The notes under the pieces: generated by a model | Told to the model about the DNA's origin: nothing | Seen by the model: only the letters and a program-made list of their open reading frames with translations | The model's database searches: none | Part shown: positions 31,666-41,325 of the stretch, piece after piece | How the letters are laid out: the number at the start of each line of letters is the position of its first letter | Numbering within the stretch: the first letter of the stretch is position 1 | Position numbers and translations under genes: made by a program | From: Nitrospirota bacterium | GTDB taxonomy: Bacteria; Nitrospirota; UBA9217 | DNA: 64,000 nucleotides | Reading direction: 5' to 3' | Assembly: GCA_963796285.1 (NCBI GenBank) | Contig: CAWCKW010000012.1 | Span: 1,696,001-1,760,000 of the forward strand

Positions 31666-31730
31666 ACATAACCGCCGGGAGCTCAAGCTGATCCCCGCAG
31701 AGGGATCTGGTTGTAGTGTCTCGGTTCTGC
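31666..31730 (-). repeat. attC site (first of the array, 65 bp)
   Basis: GCAGAAC-CGAG...GATCCCTCTGCGGGGATC...CCCGGCG-GTTATGT immediately before a cassette ORF. Confidence 0.6.
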
Positions 31731-31816
31731 GGCGCTTTTTGCCGCGGGTCACAGTAACGCATGGCAAAGCTCCGGCATTCTCGCGGCGGTTTCTCAGCCG
31801 CGAGAACCAGTTATTG

Positions 31817-31990
31817 TAGGGACGGGAACTAGTTATCTACATATATATGCATGCATCTACCGCTATATGCATGCATCTATCTGTAGATGCATGAAAGTAT
31901 ATACAGGTAGATGCTTATTACCAATTATCATAATAACAAGAAGCATCTATATGTATATGCTTTTCCAGAGAGGCCGCAGTATCGTCCCTA
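31817..31990. repeat. AT-rich block of GCATCTA/TAGATGC repeats bounded by 8-bp inverted repeats
   Basis: TATATGCATGCATCTA x2, GTAGATGC x2, GCATCTAT; ends TAGGGACG and CGTCCCTA. Confidence 0.6.
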
Positions 31991-32024
31991 TTGAATTGAA
32001 TCAGCCTGATCACGGTCTTCCGGT

Positions 32025-33398
32025 CTAGAACAGCCTCTCCATCGCCTCGTCCACGGTCCGCACACCCATGAGCTCCATCTTTTTGATGGCCGGGGTCTTC
32101 TCGAGCTTCTCGACGTTCAGCGCCGGAAGCACGCAGCGCGTGAAGCCGAGTTTCGCCGCGTCCTTGAGACGCGATTCGGCCTGGCTGATGGCGCGCACCT
32201 CTCCGGCAAGGCCCACCTCGCCCATGACCACGGTCCGGGCGTTGATCGGCTTCTCGCGGAAGCTCGACGCCACGGCAGCGATCACGCCGAGGTCAATGGC
32301 AGGCTCGTCGATCTTGAGCCCGCCCACGATGTTCACGAACACGTCCATGCCCATGAGGTGCATACCCACCCGCTTTTCAAGCACGGCGAGCAGCAGCGAC
32401 ACGCGGTTAAAATCCACGCCGATGCAGGTCCTGCGGGGCATGGTGAGCTTTGACGGCGCGACCAGCGCCTGCAGTTCGGCCAGGATCGGCCGCGTGCCTT
32501 CGAGCGACGAGACGACCACCGAGCCGGTCGCGTCGGCCGGCCGCTCGGCAAGGAATATCTCCGACGGATTGGACACCTCGGCCAGGCCGCTCTCCTTCAT
32601 CTCGAACACGCCGATCTCGTTCGTGGAGCCGAAGCGGTTCTTGACCGCGCGCAGGATGCGGAAGGAGTGCCCTTTGTCGCCTTCGAAATACAGCACCGTG
32701 TCGACGATATGCTCCAGCACGCGCGGCCCGGCGATGGCGCCGTCCTTGGTCACGTGGCCGATGAGGAACGTCGGCATGCCCGTGCGCTTGGCATGGATCA
32801 TGAGCCTGCCCGAGACCTCGCGCACCTGGCCCACGCTGCCCGGCGCGGACGGCAGCTCCGAGGTGAACATGGTCTGGATGGAATCGATGACCAGGACCTG
32901 GGGTTCGAGCCCGTCAGCCGCATGGATGATCTCCTCGAGCTGCGTCTCGGCCAGCACATAGAGGTTCTCGGTCTTGACGCCGAGCCGCTGGGCGCGCATC
33001 TTGATCTGCGACGGAGATTCCTCGCCCGAAACGTACAGCGCCTTGCCCCTGAGCTCCGACACCTGCCTCAGCATCTGGAGCACGAGCGTGGACTTGCCGA
33101 TGCCCGGGTCCCCGCCGATCAGCACCACGGAGCCGGATACGATCCCGCCGCCGAGCACCCGGTCGAGCTCGCCGATCTTCGTGACAAAACGGTCTTCGTC
33201 CCTGGCCTGGATCTCGCCCAGGAGGACCGGCTCCGATCCGCCGTGAGCGCTTCGCGCTCCCGATGTCCTTGGGCTTCTCCATCCGCTCCTCGACCATGGT
33301 GTTCCATGCGCCGCAGTCGGGGCACTTGCCCATCCACCGGGGAGACTGGGAGCCGCAGGACTGGCAAACATAGACGGTCTTGGTTTTTGCAGGCTTCA
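32025..33398 (-). CDS. radA: DNA repair protein RadA/Sms; frameshift near 33250
   Basis: YVCQSCG...KCPDCGAW zinc finger, [14 protein letters not shown], Lon-like C-terminus. Confidence 0.95.
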
Positions 33399-33620
33399 TA
33401 ATAAATCCCTCGATATGCGTTACGACTTTTCCGCCGCTCCCAAACACAGGAGTGGGGGCTCCAGTGTGTTCCACGATCACAGTCTGATAACAAATAACAT
33501 CTGGACTTAGGCTGATAACACGCCGCACTGACAAGCTAAGGATATATTTTCACGATAGTATATTCCCCTTGAAAAGGCAAGTTGAAAAGGCTGTTCTGCG
33601 CGCCGGCTTTCAGCAAGCGC

Positions 33621-34097
33621 TCACCCGCGCTTGCGCTCGTACCGGACCACGGCATAGGGAAGGATGTCCTCGAATGTTTGCCGCTCTACTTCCACGAAAT
33701 CGTCGGGGATCTCGGGAAAGAAGGTATCGCCGTCAAATTCCTCGTCGATGATCGTAAGATAGATCCTGTCCGCAAGCGGTATGGCCTCGCGGAAGACCGA
33801 CTCTCCGCCGCAGATAAACACTTCGCTTGCGCCTTCACCGGCCGCGATCGCCGCCTGCAGATCACGAACGACGACGCATCCTTCAGGCGCAAATTCCTGC
33901 TGACACGAGATGATGATGTTCTGCCTTCCCGGAAGCGGATGCCCGATGCTCTCGAAGGTCTTCCGGCCCATGATGACGGGATGCCCCATCGTACGCTCTT
34001 TGAACTGCTGGAGTTCCGATGGAATGTCCCAGGGCATTTCATTCCCCCGGCCGATCACCCTGTTTTCCGCCATAGCTGCAATAATTGAAATAACCAT
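33621..34097 (-). CDS. folA: Dihydrofolate reductase
   Basis: IAAMAENRVIG..MPW, IMGRKTFESIG.PLPGR, GG..V, GDTFFP. Confidence 0.92.
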   Translation of the reverse strand: MVISIIAAMAENRVIGRGNEMPWDIPSELQQFKERTMGHPVIMGRKTFESIGHPLPGRQNIIISCQQEFAPEGCVVVRDLQAAIAAGEGASEVFICGGESVFREAIPLADRIYLTIIDEEFDGDTFFPEIPDDFVEVERQTFEDILPYAVVRYERKRG

Positions 34098-34699
34098 ATG
34101 AGTGCCGTTTCTGCATCCTCCTTAAAACTCTGTTGTCCTGGTCTCATTACACCATAGTTTGAGCGATTCTTCAACTCAATAATTACATTTATTCTTTTGT
34201 ATTTCGTCGACTCAAATCTTTTCAGCACAAGAATCGCGATGAATAAATCCTTTGACCCGGCGTTTCGCAGATCATTGAGATTTAAAGACGGTTAAGAAGC
34301 AAGCGATCGTGATATTGTTGGCACCAGAATTTTTTCGATTTCCTGACTGAATGTCCCGGGCAGCGTTAATAGAGGCCCCGGGTAAATGAGGAAAAACACC
34401 ATCAGCCCTTCGCTTCATTCATTTCCGGAAGATCGATCCTTCGCACCCGGTTATTTCAACAAAGATTGATGTCTTTCGGCTCGTGAATTCCACTGTATAT
34501 CCCTGGCAGATCATCATTGATCAGCTAAATATCTCAACACGTCATTCGCTCATGATGTCTTCAGGAAAATAAATACTCCATTTTACCCCAGATGGTGTAT
34601 CATGGTCCCCGGCGATCTCCGGCGGGATCTGACATCACATCCGCAAGCCTTATCAGACAAGGGCTGGTCCTTTGGTCGCAGATATCGAATTACAGATAA

Positions 34700-34728
34700 T
34701 TGACTCTCTCCTCAAATTATGGTATTAA
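34700..34728 (+). promoter_or_regulatory. sigma-70 promoter of the HD-GYP gene
   Basis: TTGACT-N17-TATTAA with TG extension. Confidence 0.5.
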
Positions 34729-34761
34729 GAACGGGATATTCACTTCCCGAGGTCAATTAAG

Positions 34762-36129
34762 GTGAAAATGAAAATTGCACTACTCATTACAACATTAAGA
34801 TTCAAAATTGCCCTCTTTATCGTTATTCTCCTTCTTATTACGGCCTCTCTTTTTTCTCTTATTACTGTCCAGACGATGAACAGGCACATTTTAGATGAAG
34901 TCATAAAAAGAGCGGAATCATTATGCAAAAGTACAGCCGCCCTGGCGCCATACAGCATTCTCTCCAGCGATCTCCTTGGGATAGACAACATCGTCTCTAA
35001 ACTTAAGGAAGCGAATACTGATGTGGAATATGTGGCGGTCACGAATGCCGAAATGAAGATACTGGCCCACACCGACATTGCCAGGCGGGGGGAACTATTC
35101 ATCCCCTCTCCCCGCAACACGTTCAAAGATTCCCAGGATGGCACTCGTGTTTATGAAGTTCAGCTCGCGACCGGAACGTTGCTGGAAATTGTTTCTCCGA
35201 TTCTTTTTGACGGCAAACAGATAGGCAACGTCATCATCGGGATCAATCAATCTGTTTTGCTCCACGCACGAGCCGAAACCCGGAGAAAGATCCTGGCCGG
35301 GTTCGGTATTACCATGCTCCTGGGCATCGGGTGCATCATCGTTTTGTCTTCTGTCATAACGCGGCCGATCAAGGAGCTTGCCAGGGGAGTCGAAGAACTC
35401 AAGCAGGGAAGACAAGCCGAGCTCAGGATTTATTCGCATGATGAACTGGGAAAACTGACCACAAGTTTCAACCAGATGACCGAACTGACCACGAAACAAC
35501 AGGCGAGGCTCGGCGCCTATGCAACCGAGCTGGAAGAGGCTTATGTCTCCACCGTCAAGGTGCTCTCCGCGGCGATCGATGCCCGCGATCCGTATACGCT
35601 CGGCCATTCCACGCGGGTGGCTGCATTAACGCGCAACATCGGAGCGGCTATAGGGCTCTCCCACCAGGAGCTTGAAGACCTGGAGATCGCCAGCCTGTTC
35701 CACGACGTCGGGAAATTGAAGACGCCCGACAGCGTTCTGCTCAAGGACGGTCCGCTGGACCCGCAGGAACACCGCGAGATCTCGAACCACAGCGAGAGCG
35801 GCGCCGCGATCCTGAGCAGGGCGCGGTCTCTTCAAAAATATATACCAGCGGTCAGACACCACCATGAATGGTTCAGCGGTGAAGGATACCCCGACGGACT
35901 GAGGGGAGACGACATACCCCTGCATGCGGCCATCATCTCCGTTGCCGACGCCTTCGATGCGATGACGTCCGCCCGGCCTTACAAAGACGCGCTTTCCCAT
36001 GAAGAAGCGCTTCAGGAGTTGGCCCTCTTTGCGGGGAGGCAGTTCAATCCCCGCCTAGTCGAGGTGCTTCACCAGGTCATCGGATCCCCTTCCTTGGCCG
36101 CGGAAAATATTCCGTTCCAAAAAGGATGA
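34762..36129 (+). CDS. Membrane sensor-HAMP-HD-GYP cyclic dinucleotide phosphodiesterase
   Basis: Two TMs, HAMP (DELGKL), YTLGHS.RV, HDVGK, HHEWFSGEGYP, ADAFDAMTS.RPY. Confidence 0.92.
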   Translation: MKMKIALLITTLRFKIALFIVILLLITASLFSLITVQTMNRHILDEVIKRAESLCKSTAALAPYSILSSDLLGIDNIVSKLKEANTDVEYVAVTNAEMKILAHTDIARRGELFIPSPRNTFKDSQDGTRVYEVQLATGTLLEIVSPILFDGKQIGNVIIGINQSVLLHARAETRRKILAGFGITMLLGIGCIIVLSSVITRPIKELARGVEELKQGRQAELRIYSHDELGKLTTSFNQMTELTTKQQARLGAYATELEEAYVSTVKVLSAAIDARDPYTLGHSTRVAALTRNIGAAIGLSHQELEDLEIASLFHDVGKLKTPDSVLLKDGPLDPQEHREISNHSESGAAILSRARSLQKYIPAVRHHHEWFSGEGYPDGLRGDDIPLHAAIISVADAFDAMTSARPYKDALSHEEALQELALFAGRQFNPRLVEVLHQVIGSPSLAAENIPFQKG

Positions 36130-36132
36130 TCC

Positions 36133-36822
36133 ATGCGAGCCTTTAGCCCATTGGCCTTGACGATATTCTGCGCCTGTCTGATCGCGTTTGCACCATCGTG
36201 CTCGTTTAACCGGGCGTTAACAGAACCCGCCGGAACCGAAAAAAAGGCGGTCCATGATACGGCCGGACCGGCCAAGAAGGCTATCGATGATACGGCCCGA
36301 CAGCCCCAGAAGGCGGTCGATGATACGGCCAGACAGGCCCAGAAGACGATCGAGGATACAGCCAGACAGGCCCAGGCGGAAATTGCCGGCGGCGATTACA
36401 AAAGGGCGTTCGAACTCTACTCCAGCGCCTATGAAATAAATCATACTCCGGAAATGCGCGATAAATATACCGCAACCGGTGAACAGATCAGGAAGACCGC
36501 GGACCTGGCGTATCAGAGAAGGGATTTCGCGGAAGCCGGTACCATTTACAGCACACTGATCGAAAGCGGCATTACCAAGCGGGATTTTGCCGGTTCTCTG
36601 TCGTTCGACCAGGAGTACCTGAACGGGCAGATGCATGCATGTTCCAAGACGCTTTTGGAGGCGGGCATGACGGCCTATCGCGACGGCAAACTCGAGGACG
36701 CTATTTCCATCTGGAAGAAAGCCCAGGCATTCGACCACGATAACAAAGAGATCAAGGGCGCGATCGAGACCGCCACAACCCAGCTCCAGAACTTGAAGAC
36801 TATAAAAAAACAAATTCCTTGA
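36133..36822 (+). CDS. TPR-like putative lipoprotein with four 11-aa repeats
   Basis: Signal with APSC lipobox-like Cys; KAxDDTARQxQ repeats at ~36241-36375; C-terminal TPR helix pair. Confidence 0.7.
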   Translation: MRAFSPLALTIFCACLIAFAPSCSFNRALTEPAGTEKKAVHDTAGPAKKAIDDTARQPQKAVDDTARQAQKTIEDTARQAQAEIAGGDYKRAFELYSSAYEINHTPEMRDKYTATGEQIRKTADLAYQRRDFAEAGTIYSTLIESGITKRDFAGSLSFDQEYLNGQMHACSKTLLEAGMTAYRDGKLEDAISIWKKAQAFDHDNKEIKGAIETATTQLQNLKTIKKQIP

Positions 36823-36831
36823 TCCCGTAAT

Positions 36832-37537
36832 TCACGCTTTTCCGTCAAGATAGTTCCTTCTTTTCCCTTCGGGGAACCTCTCAATGGCATAGCGCAGCAT
36901 GGTACGCGGCATCTTTTTGTAATGCTGCTTCAAAAACCGCTCTTCCGCCCGCAGGTCGCGTTTGCCGATCTCGCGCAGCATCCATCCAACTGCCTTGTGG
37001 AGGAGATCGTGATCGTCCTCCAGCAGGATTTTCGAAATCCTGAGCGTATCATCAAAATCATTCTGCCTGATAAACGCAAATGTCGACAAGATCGCGATCC
37101 GTCGTTTCCACAGATCATTTGATTTCGCGAACGCATAAAGCGGTTTCCTGCTCTTGTCCAGAAGATAGGTCCCGAAGATGTTCGGCGCGGAGAGATCGAC
37201 GAGGTCCCAGTTGTTGATATACTGCGTGCTCTTGAGGTAAAGGCCATATATCCTCTTTTTCAGCGCCTCGTCACCTTTCGCAAACCGATCGACGAGCATC
37301 AGAAGAGCGAGCAACCGTTCTTCATGGTGCTGTGACGCAAGAATTTTTTTTATCTCCTCCAGAGGCGTGTCCTGAAATTCCTTTGCCACCCTCCGGATGT
37401 CCGGAACCACGACCCCCAGAAAAAGGTCCCCTTCCCCGTACTCCCCGGGTCCGGTCTTGAAAAAGCCCTGGAGGACGCCTGGCCTTTTCCTTGGTCGCGA
37501 ATTGTCGCAATCGTTTCTGGATTTTTGGTGCGATCAT
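36832..37537 (-). CDS. DNA alkylation repair protein (AlkD-like); frameshift near 37480
   Basis: FFKTGPGEYGEGD.FLGV, INNWDLVDLSA, HKAVGWMLREIGK, MPRTMLRYAIE. Confidence 0.88.
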
Positions 37538-37776
37538 GGCAGGCTCCGTGAAGAGGTCAAGTTCTGATAATAATATATCAGATGAAGTTTCTGGTCGATA
37601 ATGACGAATTAGTAAAAAGATAAAATATCACACGAAGGCACAAAGGGCACAAAGAAAAACTATTTATTATGAAAAGGTGTCCCCTCTCCGTGCTTCGCGG
37701 CTCAGTGTGGCCCTCTTTTTGGCCATTGCGTGAGTCAATACTTTTATGACTTTGCCAATAATGGGGCCGCTTTTTC

Positions 37777-37810
37777 AAAAAAAATACCCCGCAGCAAGCT
37801 GACGGGGTAT
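37777..37810 (-). terminator. Intrinsic terminator after the Ig-like gene
   Basis: ATACCCCG/CGGGGTAT stem followed by a T run on the minus strand. Confidence 0.7.
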
Positions 37811-37848
37811 CTGTTTATTAGCTTCTCCCCCATGCAGGGGAGAACACA

Positions 37849-38796
37849 CTAATTTACCGTGATATCAAGGGTTCCTGCTACTGCCGTAATGGGGTCTGTT
37901 GCCGTTATGGTGGCCGTACCGGGGCTGACCCCGGTGACAAGACCTGTTGTGTCTACCGTTGCAATCGTGGTATCTGAAGAGCTCCAGATCATGGATGAAG
38001 TTATGACCGCTGTTGTCGCATCTCCATAGGTTCCTGTCGCAGTCAACTGCGCCTGAGTTGACCCGGTCGTAATGCTGGTATTATCCGCAGTCACCGCAAT
38101 GGATGAGAGGGCGGTATCGGTCACGGTGAGCACAGTTTCGGCGACGAGTTGCGGATCGCTGGGGACCCTAATTGCATCACCCTCAATAGCGGTTATGGTG
38201 ACGGGTATCCCGGTGACGGACCCTGCCGTGACGATGCCTGTTGCATCTACCGTTGCGATCGCGTCGTTAGATGAAGTCCAGGTCATATATGACGTCACGA
38301 TCTGCGTAGGCGAAACCCCGCTTGACAGTTGAGACAACGTTGCAGTGGCCGTAAACTGAAACGTGGTATTAACTGCCATGCTGGGACTGACCGGCGTTAC
38401 GTCAATGGCGCTTACCGTGCAGTCGGTGACTGTGGTGGAACCGGATACATTCGTGTGTGAATCGGTCTCCGTAGCGGTAATTGTGATTGTTCCGGTTACG
38501 GCGCCTGCGGTGGCTGAGGGTGCAGTGACGAGCCCCGTTGAATCTACCGTTGCGATCGCGTCGTTCGATGAGGTCCAGGTCAGAAAAGACTCTAAAAACG
38601 TGACCCCGTCCGACAACATCCCTGTTCCCGTGAGCTGGAGCGTTGTGCCAATGGCCATGCCGGTGTCGGCAGGGGTTATCGTGATCTCGCTTAAATGACT
38701 TTTCGTTCCACAGCTCATGAAACCTATGGCGCTCATTGCAAGCACCGCGACAGTAACAATACAAACGTGAAGAATCTTCGTGAACCTTTTTTTCAT
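37849..38796 (-). CDS. Lipoprotein with three bacterial Ig-like (Big_2) domains
   Basis: FMSC lipobox; three WTSS..IATVD.TG.VT repeats. Confidence 0.85.
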   Translation of the reverse strand: MKKRFTKILHVCIVTVAVLAMSAIGFMSCGTKSHLSEITITPADTGMAIGTTLQLTGTGMLSDGVTFLESFLTWTSSNDAIATVDSTGLVTAPSATAGAVTGTITITATETDSHTNVSGSTTVTDCTVSAIDVTPVSPSMAVNTTFQFTATATLSQLSSGVSPTQIVTSYMTWTSSNDAIATVDATGIVTAGSVTGIPVTITAIEGDAIRVPSDPQLVAETVLTVTDTALSSIAVTADNTSITTGSTQAQLTATGTYGDATTAVITSSMIWSSSDTTIATVDTTGLVTGVSPGTATITATDPITAVAGTLDITVN

Positions 38797-39039
38797 GTTT
38801 TCTCTCATCCTTGCAGGTGGGGTCGCGATTATTTCGGGTGCTGTTGACACGGCACAAAGGATTTGGTTACACAACAGAAGTAACTGTCCCCCCAAACTCC
38901 CCTTTCAGGCAACTACCCGACGGTCACCCGTTTCTCGCGGATCAATATACCATAAATTGGCCCCTATATCCAGTATTTATCACCTCTATGGGCCGCCTGT
39001 TCGGGACCTGCGTCCCGGCAATGGGATACTGCAGTTGCG

Positions 39040-39090
39040 GAAACAATCCGGGCGCAGAAGTATGTCAATATTCTGCGCCCGGGTTGTTTC
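39040..39090. terminator. Long hairpin after the dienelactone hydrolase gene
   Basis: GAAACAATCCGGGCGCAGAA / TTCTGCGCCCGGGTTGTTTC 20-bp stem. Confidence 0.55.
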
Positions 39091-39096
39091 GTTATA

Positions 39097-39900
39097 TTAT
39101 TTTTTTAAGACCTCGGCAAAGAAGTTGGTCATGTCCTCCCATGACCTCTTATCAGCCTCGGCATTGTAGGCCAAGGGCAGATTGAACTTTTTACCCAATT
39201 CATCCGCCTCGGGGTTCGTGAAGCTGTGGACGGCACCGGGATAGTTGATAAACTGAAAATCGACCTTCGCATCGCGCATTTCCTGCATGAACGCATCGAT
39301 CGTCTCCTGTGACGTGAATTTGTCGCCTCGCCGTTATACACGCGGATCTTTGCCTTAACCTTTCCCGCCTGAGCAGGTTTAACTGCGGCGAGACTGCCGT
39401 GGAAGCTTGCCACTGCCTTGAGGTCTTCGCCCTGCCGCGCCATGTTCAGCACCACTCCGCCTCCGAAACAATAGCCGATCGCCGCGATCTGTTCCGGGTC
39501 CACGGTCTGCTGCTTTTTAAGAAAATCCATGGCCGCCTCGAACCGTTCCTTTGCAACAGGGAAGTTCTTCATGGTCTCGGACGAGAACTTAATCGCGTCA
39601 TCGGGATGCGTTGCGGTCTTCCCTTCGCCGTACATGTCCACTGCCAGGGCCGTGTAGCCCAGCTCCGCAAGCATCCGTGCGCGTTTTCGGGCATACTCGT
39701 TCAGTCCCCACCATTCATGTACCACAAGCACGCCCGGCCGCTTGCCTTTGATGTTCTCGTCATAGGCAAGGTAACCTTTCATGGTCACCCCGCCCGCCTT
39801 GTAGTCAACTGTTTCACCCTTGATCTTGGGGGCAGCGAGACCACGGCGGCAAACAGCAATACCATTGTCAGGACCAGAATCCTGCAATAACCTTTTTCAT
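39097..39900 (-). CDS. Dienelactone hydrolase family protein (secreted); frameshifts
   Basis: VHEWWGLN, GYCFGG, FHG, YPGAVHSFTNP. Confidence 0.9.
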
Positions 39901-40210
39901 AGCAACCTCCTTTAAAAAGAATGTCCATGCATTACGCTGTCAGACATCAGTGAATAGATCGAGCTGAAGAACCGGTGCACTAGCGGAAAAGCTATTAAAG
40001 TACTATATTCTTTCTCCTCAGAACTTGATATCGTCGCTCGAATGTTTGCACAATGCCTTGTGACCCATCCCCCTCTCAATTCACCCTTGAAGGGGGAGAA
40101 GATGAATAGTTCCTCCCCTTCAAGGGAGGTCAGGTGGGGATGGGTTCATTGGTTCGGCAGGATTGATAGGATCATTGTAGCAGAAAAAAATGACGTGTTG
40201 GCAGGTGAAT

Positions 40211-40684
40211 TTACCGGTTCCGTTCCTTTACGACCCGGTCCATTTCGCGTTTAGCTTCATTTGCCTTTATCGTGTCCCGCTTGTCAAAGGACTTCTTGCC
40301 CTTGGCAAGCCCGATCAGCACCTTGGCCCTGCCGCGAATGAAATAGATCTTAAGCGGGATGAGCGTGAATCCCTTCTGGGTCATCTTCCAGGTCAGCTTG
40401 CGGATCTCCGCCTTATGCAGCAGGAGCTTGCGCGTCCGGAGAGGCTCGTGGTTCGCTAGATTGCCATGAGTATAGAGGCTGATGTTCGCGTTCAGGAGGT
40501 ACATCTCCTCGTTCTTCACGATGGCGTAGCTGTCCGTCAGGTTCGCCAACCCTAGGCGCAGGGACTTCACCTCCGTGCCCTGCAGCGCGATTCCGGCCTC
40601 GACGGTCTCCTCGATGAAGTAGTCGTGGTATGCCTTGCGGTTCGTCGCGACCGCGCCGGTATCTGTTGTTTTCTTTTCCGCCAT
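40211..40684 (-). CDS. smpB: SsrA-binding protein
   Basis: NRKAYHDY, GTEVKSLR, RTRKLLLH, KGKK.FDKR. Confidence 0.97.
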   Translation of the reverse strand: MAEKKTTDTGAVATNRKAYHDYFIEETVEAGIALQGTEVKSLRLGLANLTDSYAIVKNEEMYLLNANISLYTHGNLANHEPLRTRKLLLHKAEIRKLTWKMTQKGFTLIPLKIYFIRGRAKVLIGLAKGKKSFDKRDTIKANEAKREMDRVVKERNR

Positions 40685-40762
40685 GGGGTTCGTTCGTTGT
40701 TTACTTGAAACGATCAAGGGATGATACACGATACAGGACGCGCACGCAAGATGATTCAATGT

Positions 40763-41033
40763 TTACGCGGGGAACCGCTTAGCAGCGCGCGCCCGCGCCT
40801 TGGCGGCCTCTTCAGCACGGTTCCTCGGCGGGGCGTTCGTTGCAAGCGAGGTCAGAAGGTTTCTGGACGCCGCCGCGACCTCGTCAACAGCCGCAAGGAA
40901 TGCGGGTTCGTTGATCTGTTGACGGCTTGTTGAAACCGCTCACCTTTCGCACGAATTGCAATGCGGCCGCGCGAATCTCTTCGTCGGTTACCGGCGGTTC
41001 GAAGTTGAACAGGGTCTTGATGTTTCTACACAT
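40763..41033 (-). CDS. DUF2277 family small protein (not in ORF track; one indel)
   Basis: Manual translation MCRNIKTLFNFEPPVTDEEIRAAALQFVRKVSGFNKPS/..NEPAFLAAVDEVA...AAKRFPA; GAGGT RBS. Confidence 0.75.
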
Positions 41034-41121
41034 GAGCGTAACCTCGCTGTTTCAGAGCCAACGTGGAGATGAGATGCGCGCCTTTTGCGTGTCGCTGTGG
41101 ATGCAGTTCACCGGCACGGAC

Positions 41122-41241
41122 TCAATTTGTTCGATCCCATGCATTGGCATCTAATTTGGAAAACCAATCACGAAAAGTAGAAAGTTCATCTTGTGTAAGT
41201 CCCCGGATTTCATTCTCCAGTACTTTAACTCTGTTTCCCAT
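41122..41241 (-). pseudogene. Small hypothetical gene remnant
   Basis: GGAGG RBS; MGNRVKVLENEIRGLTQDELSTFRDWFSKLDANAWDR then frame breaks. Confidence 0.4.
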
Positions 41242-41325
41242 TGATATGTCCTCCACTGGAAATATTTTATCTTTTTTCAGAAGAAGAGGTCTACTTGTTT
41301 TTTAGCCAGGATGAGCGCCCCTCAT

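Larger units (their letters stand above)
27004..31730 (-). mobile_element. Integron-type gene cassette array without visible integrase (CALIN-like)
   Basis: Five attC-like sites, co-oriented AT-richer accessory ORFs, no intI in the window. Confidence 0.8.

Noticed and set aside
31835-31960. Repeat block as a CRISPR array
   Set aside because: Repeats are short, in both orientations and lack regular unique spacers; no cas genes in the window
33621-34097. DHFR as an integron-borne trimethoprim-resistance dfrA cassette
   Set aside because: Outside the attC array, host-like GC, no flanking attC
34100-34700. ~600-bp stretch without a long ORF between folA and the HD-GYP gene, as an ncRNA or gene remnant
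   Set aside because: No recognisable RNA motif or protein similarity by eye
38800-38945. Leader of the Ig-like lipoprotein gene as a cyclic dinucleotide riboswitch
   Set aside because: Has a GAAA-containing segment but not the conserved c-di-GMP-I/II or c-di-AMP consensus; would need an Rfam scan
39900-41300. tmRNA or tRNA near smpB
   Set aside because: No tRNA-like ends, T-loop/CCA or tag reading frame found
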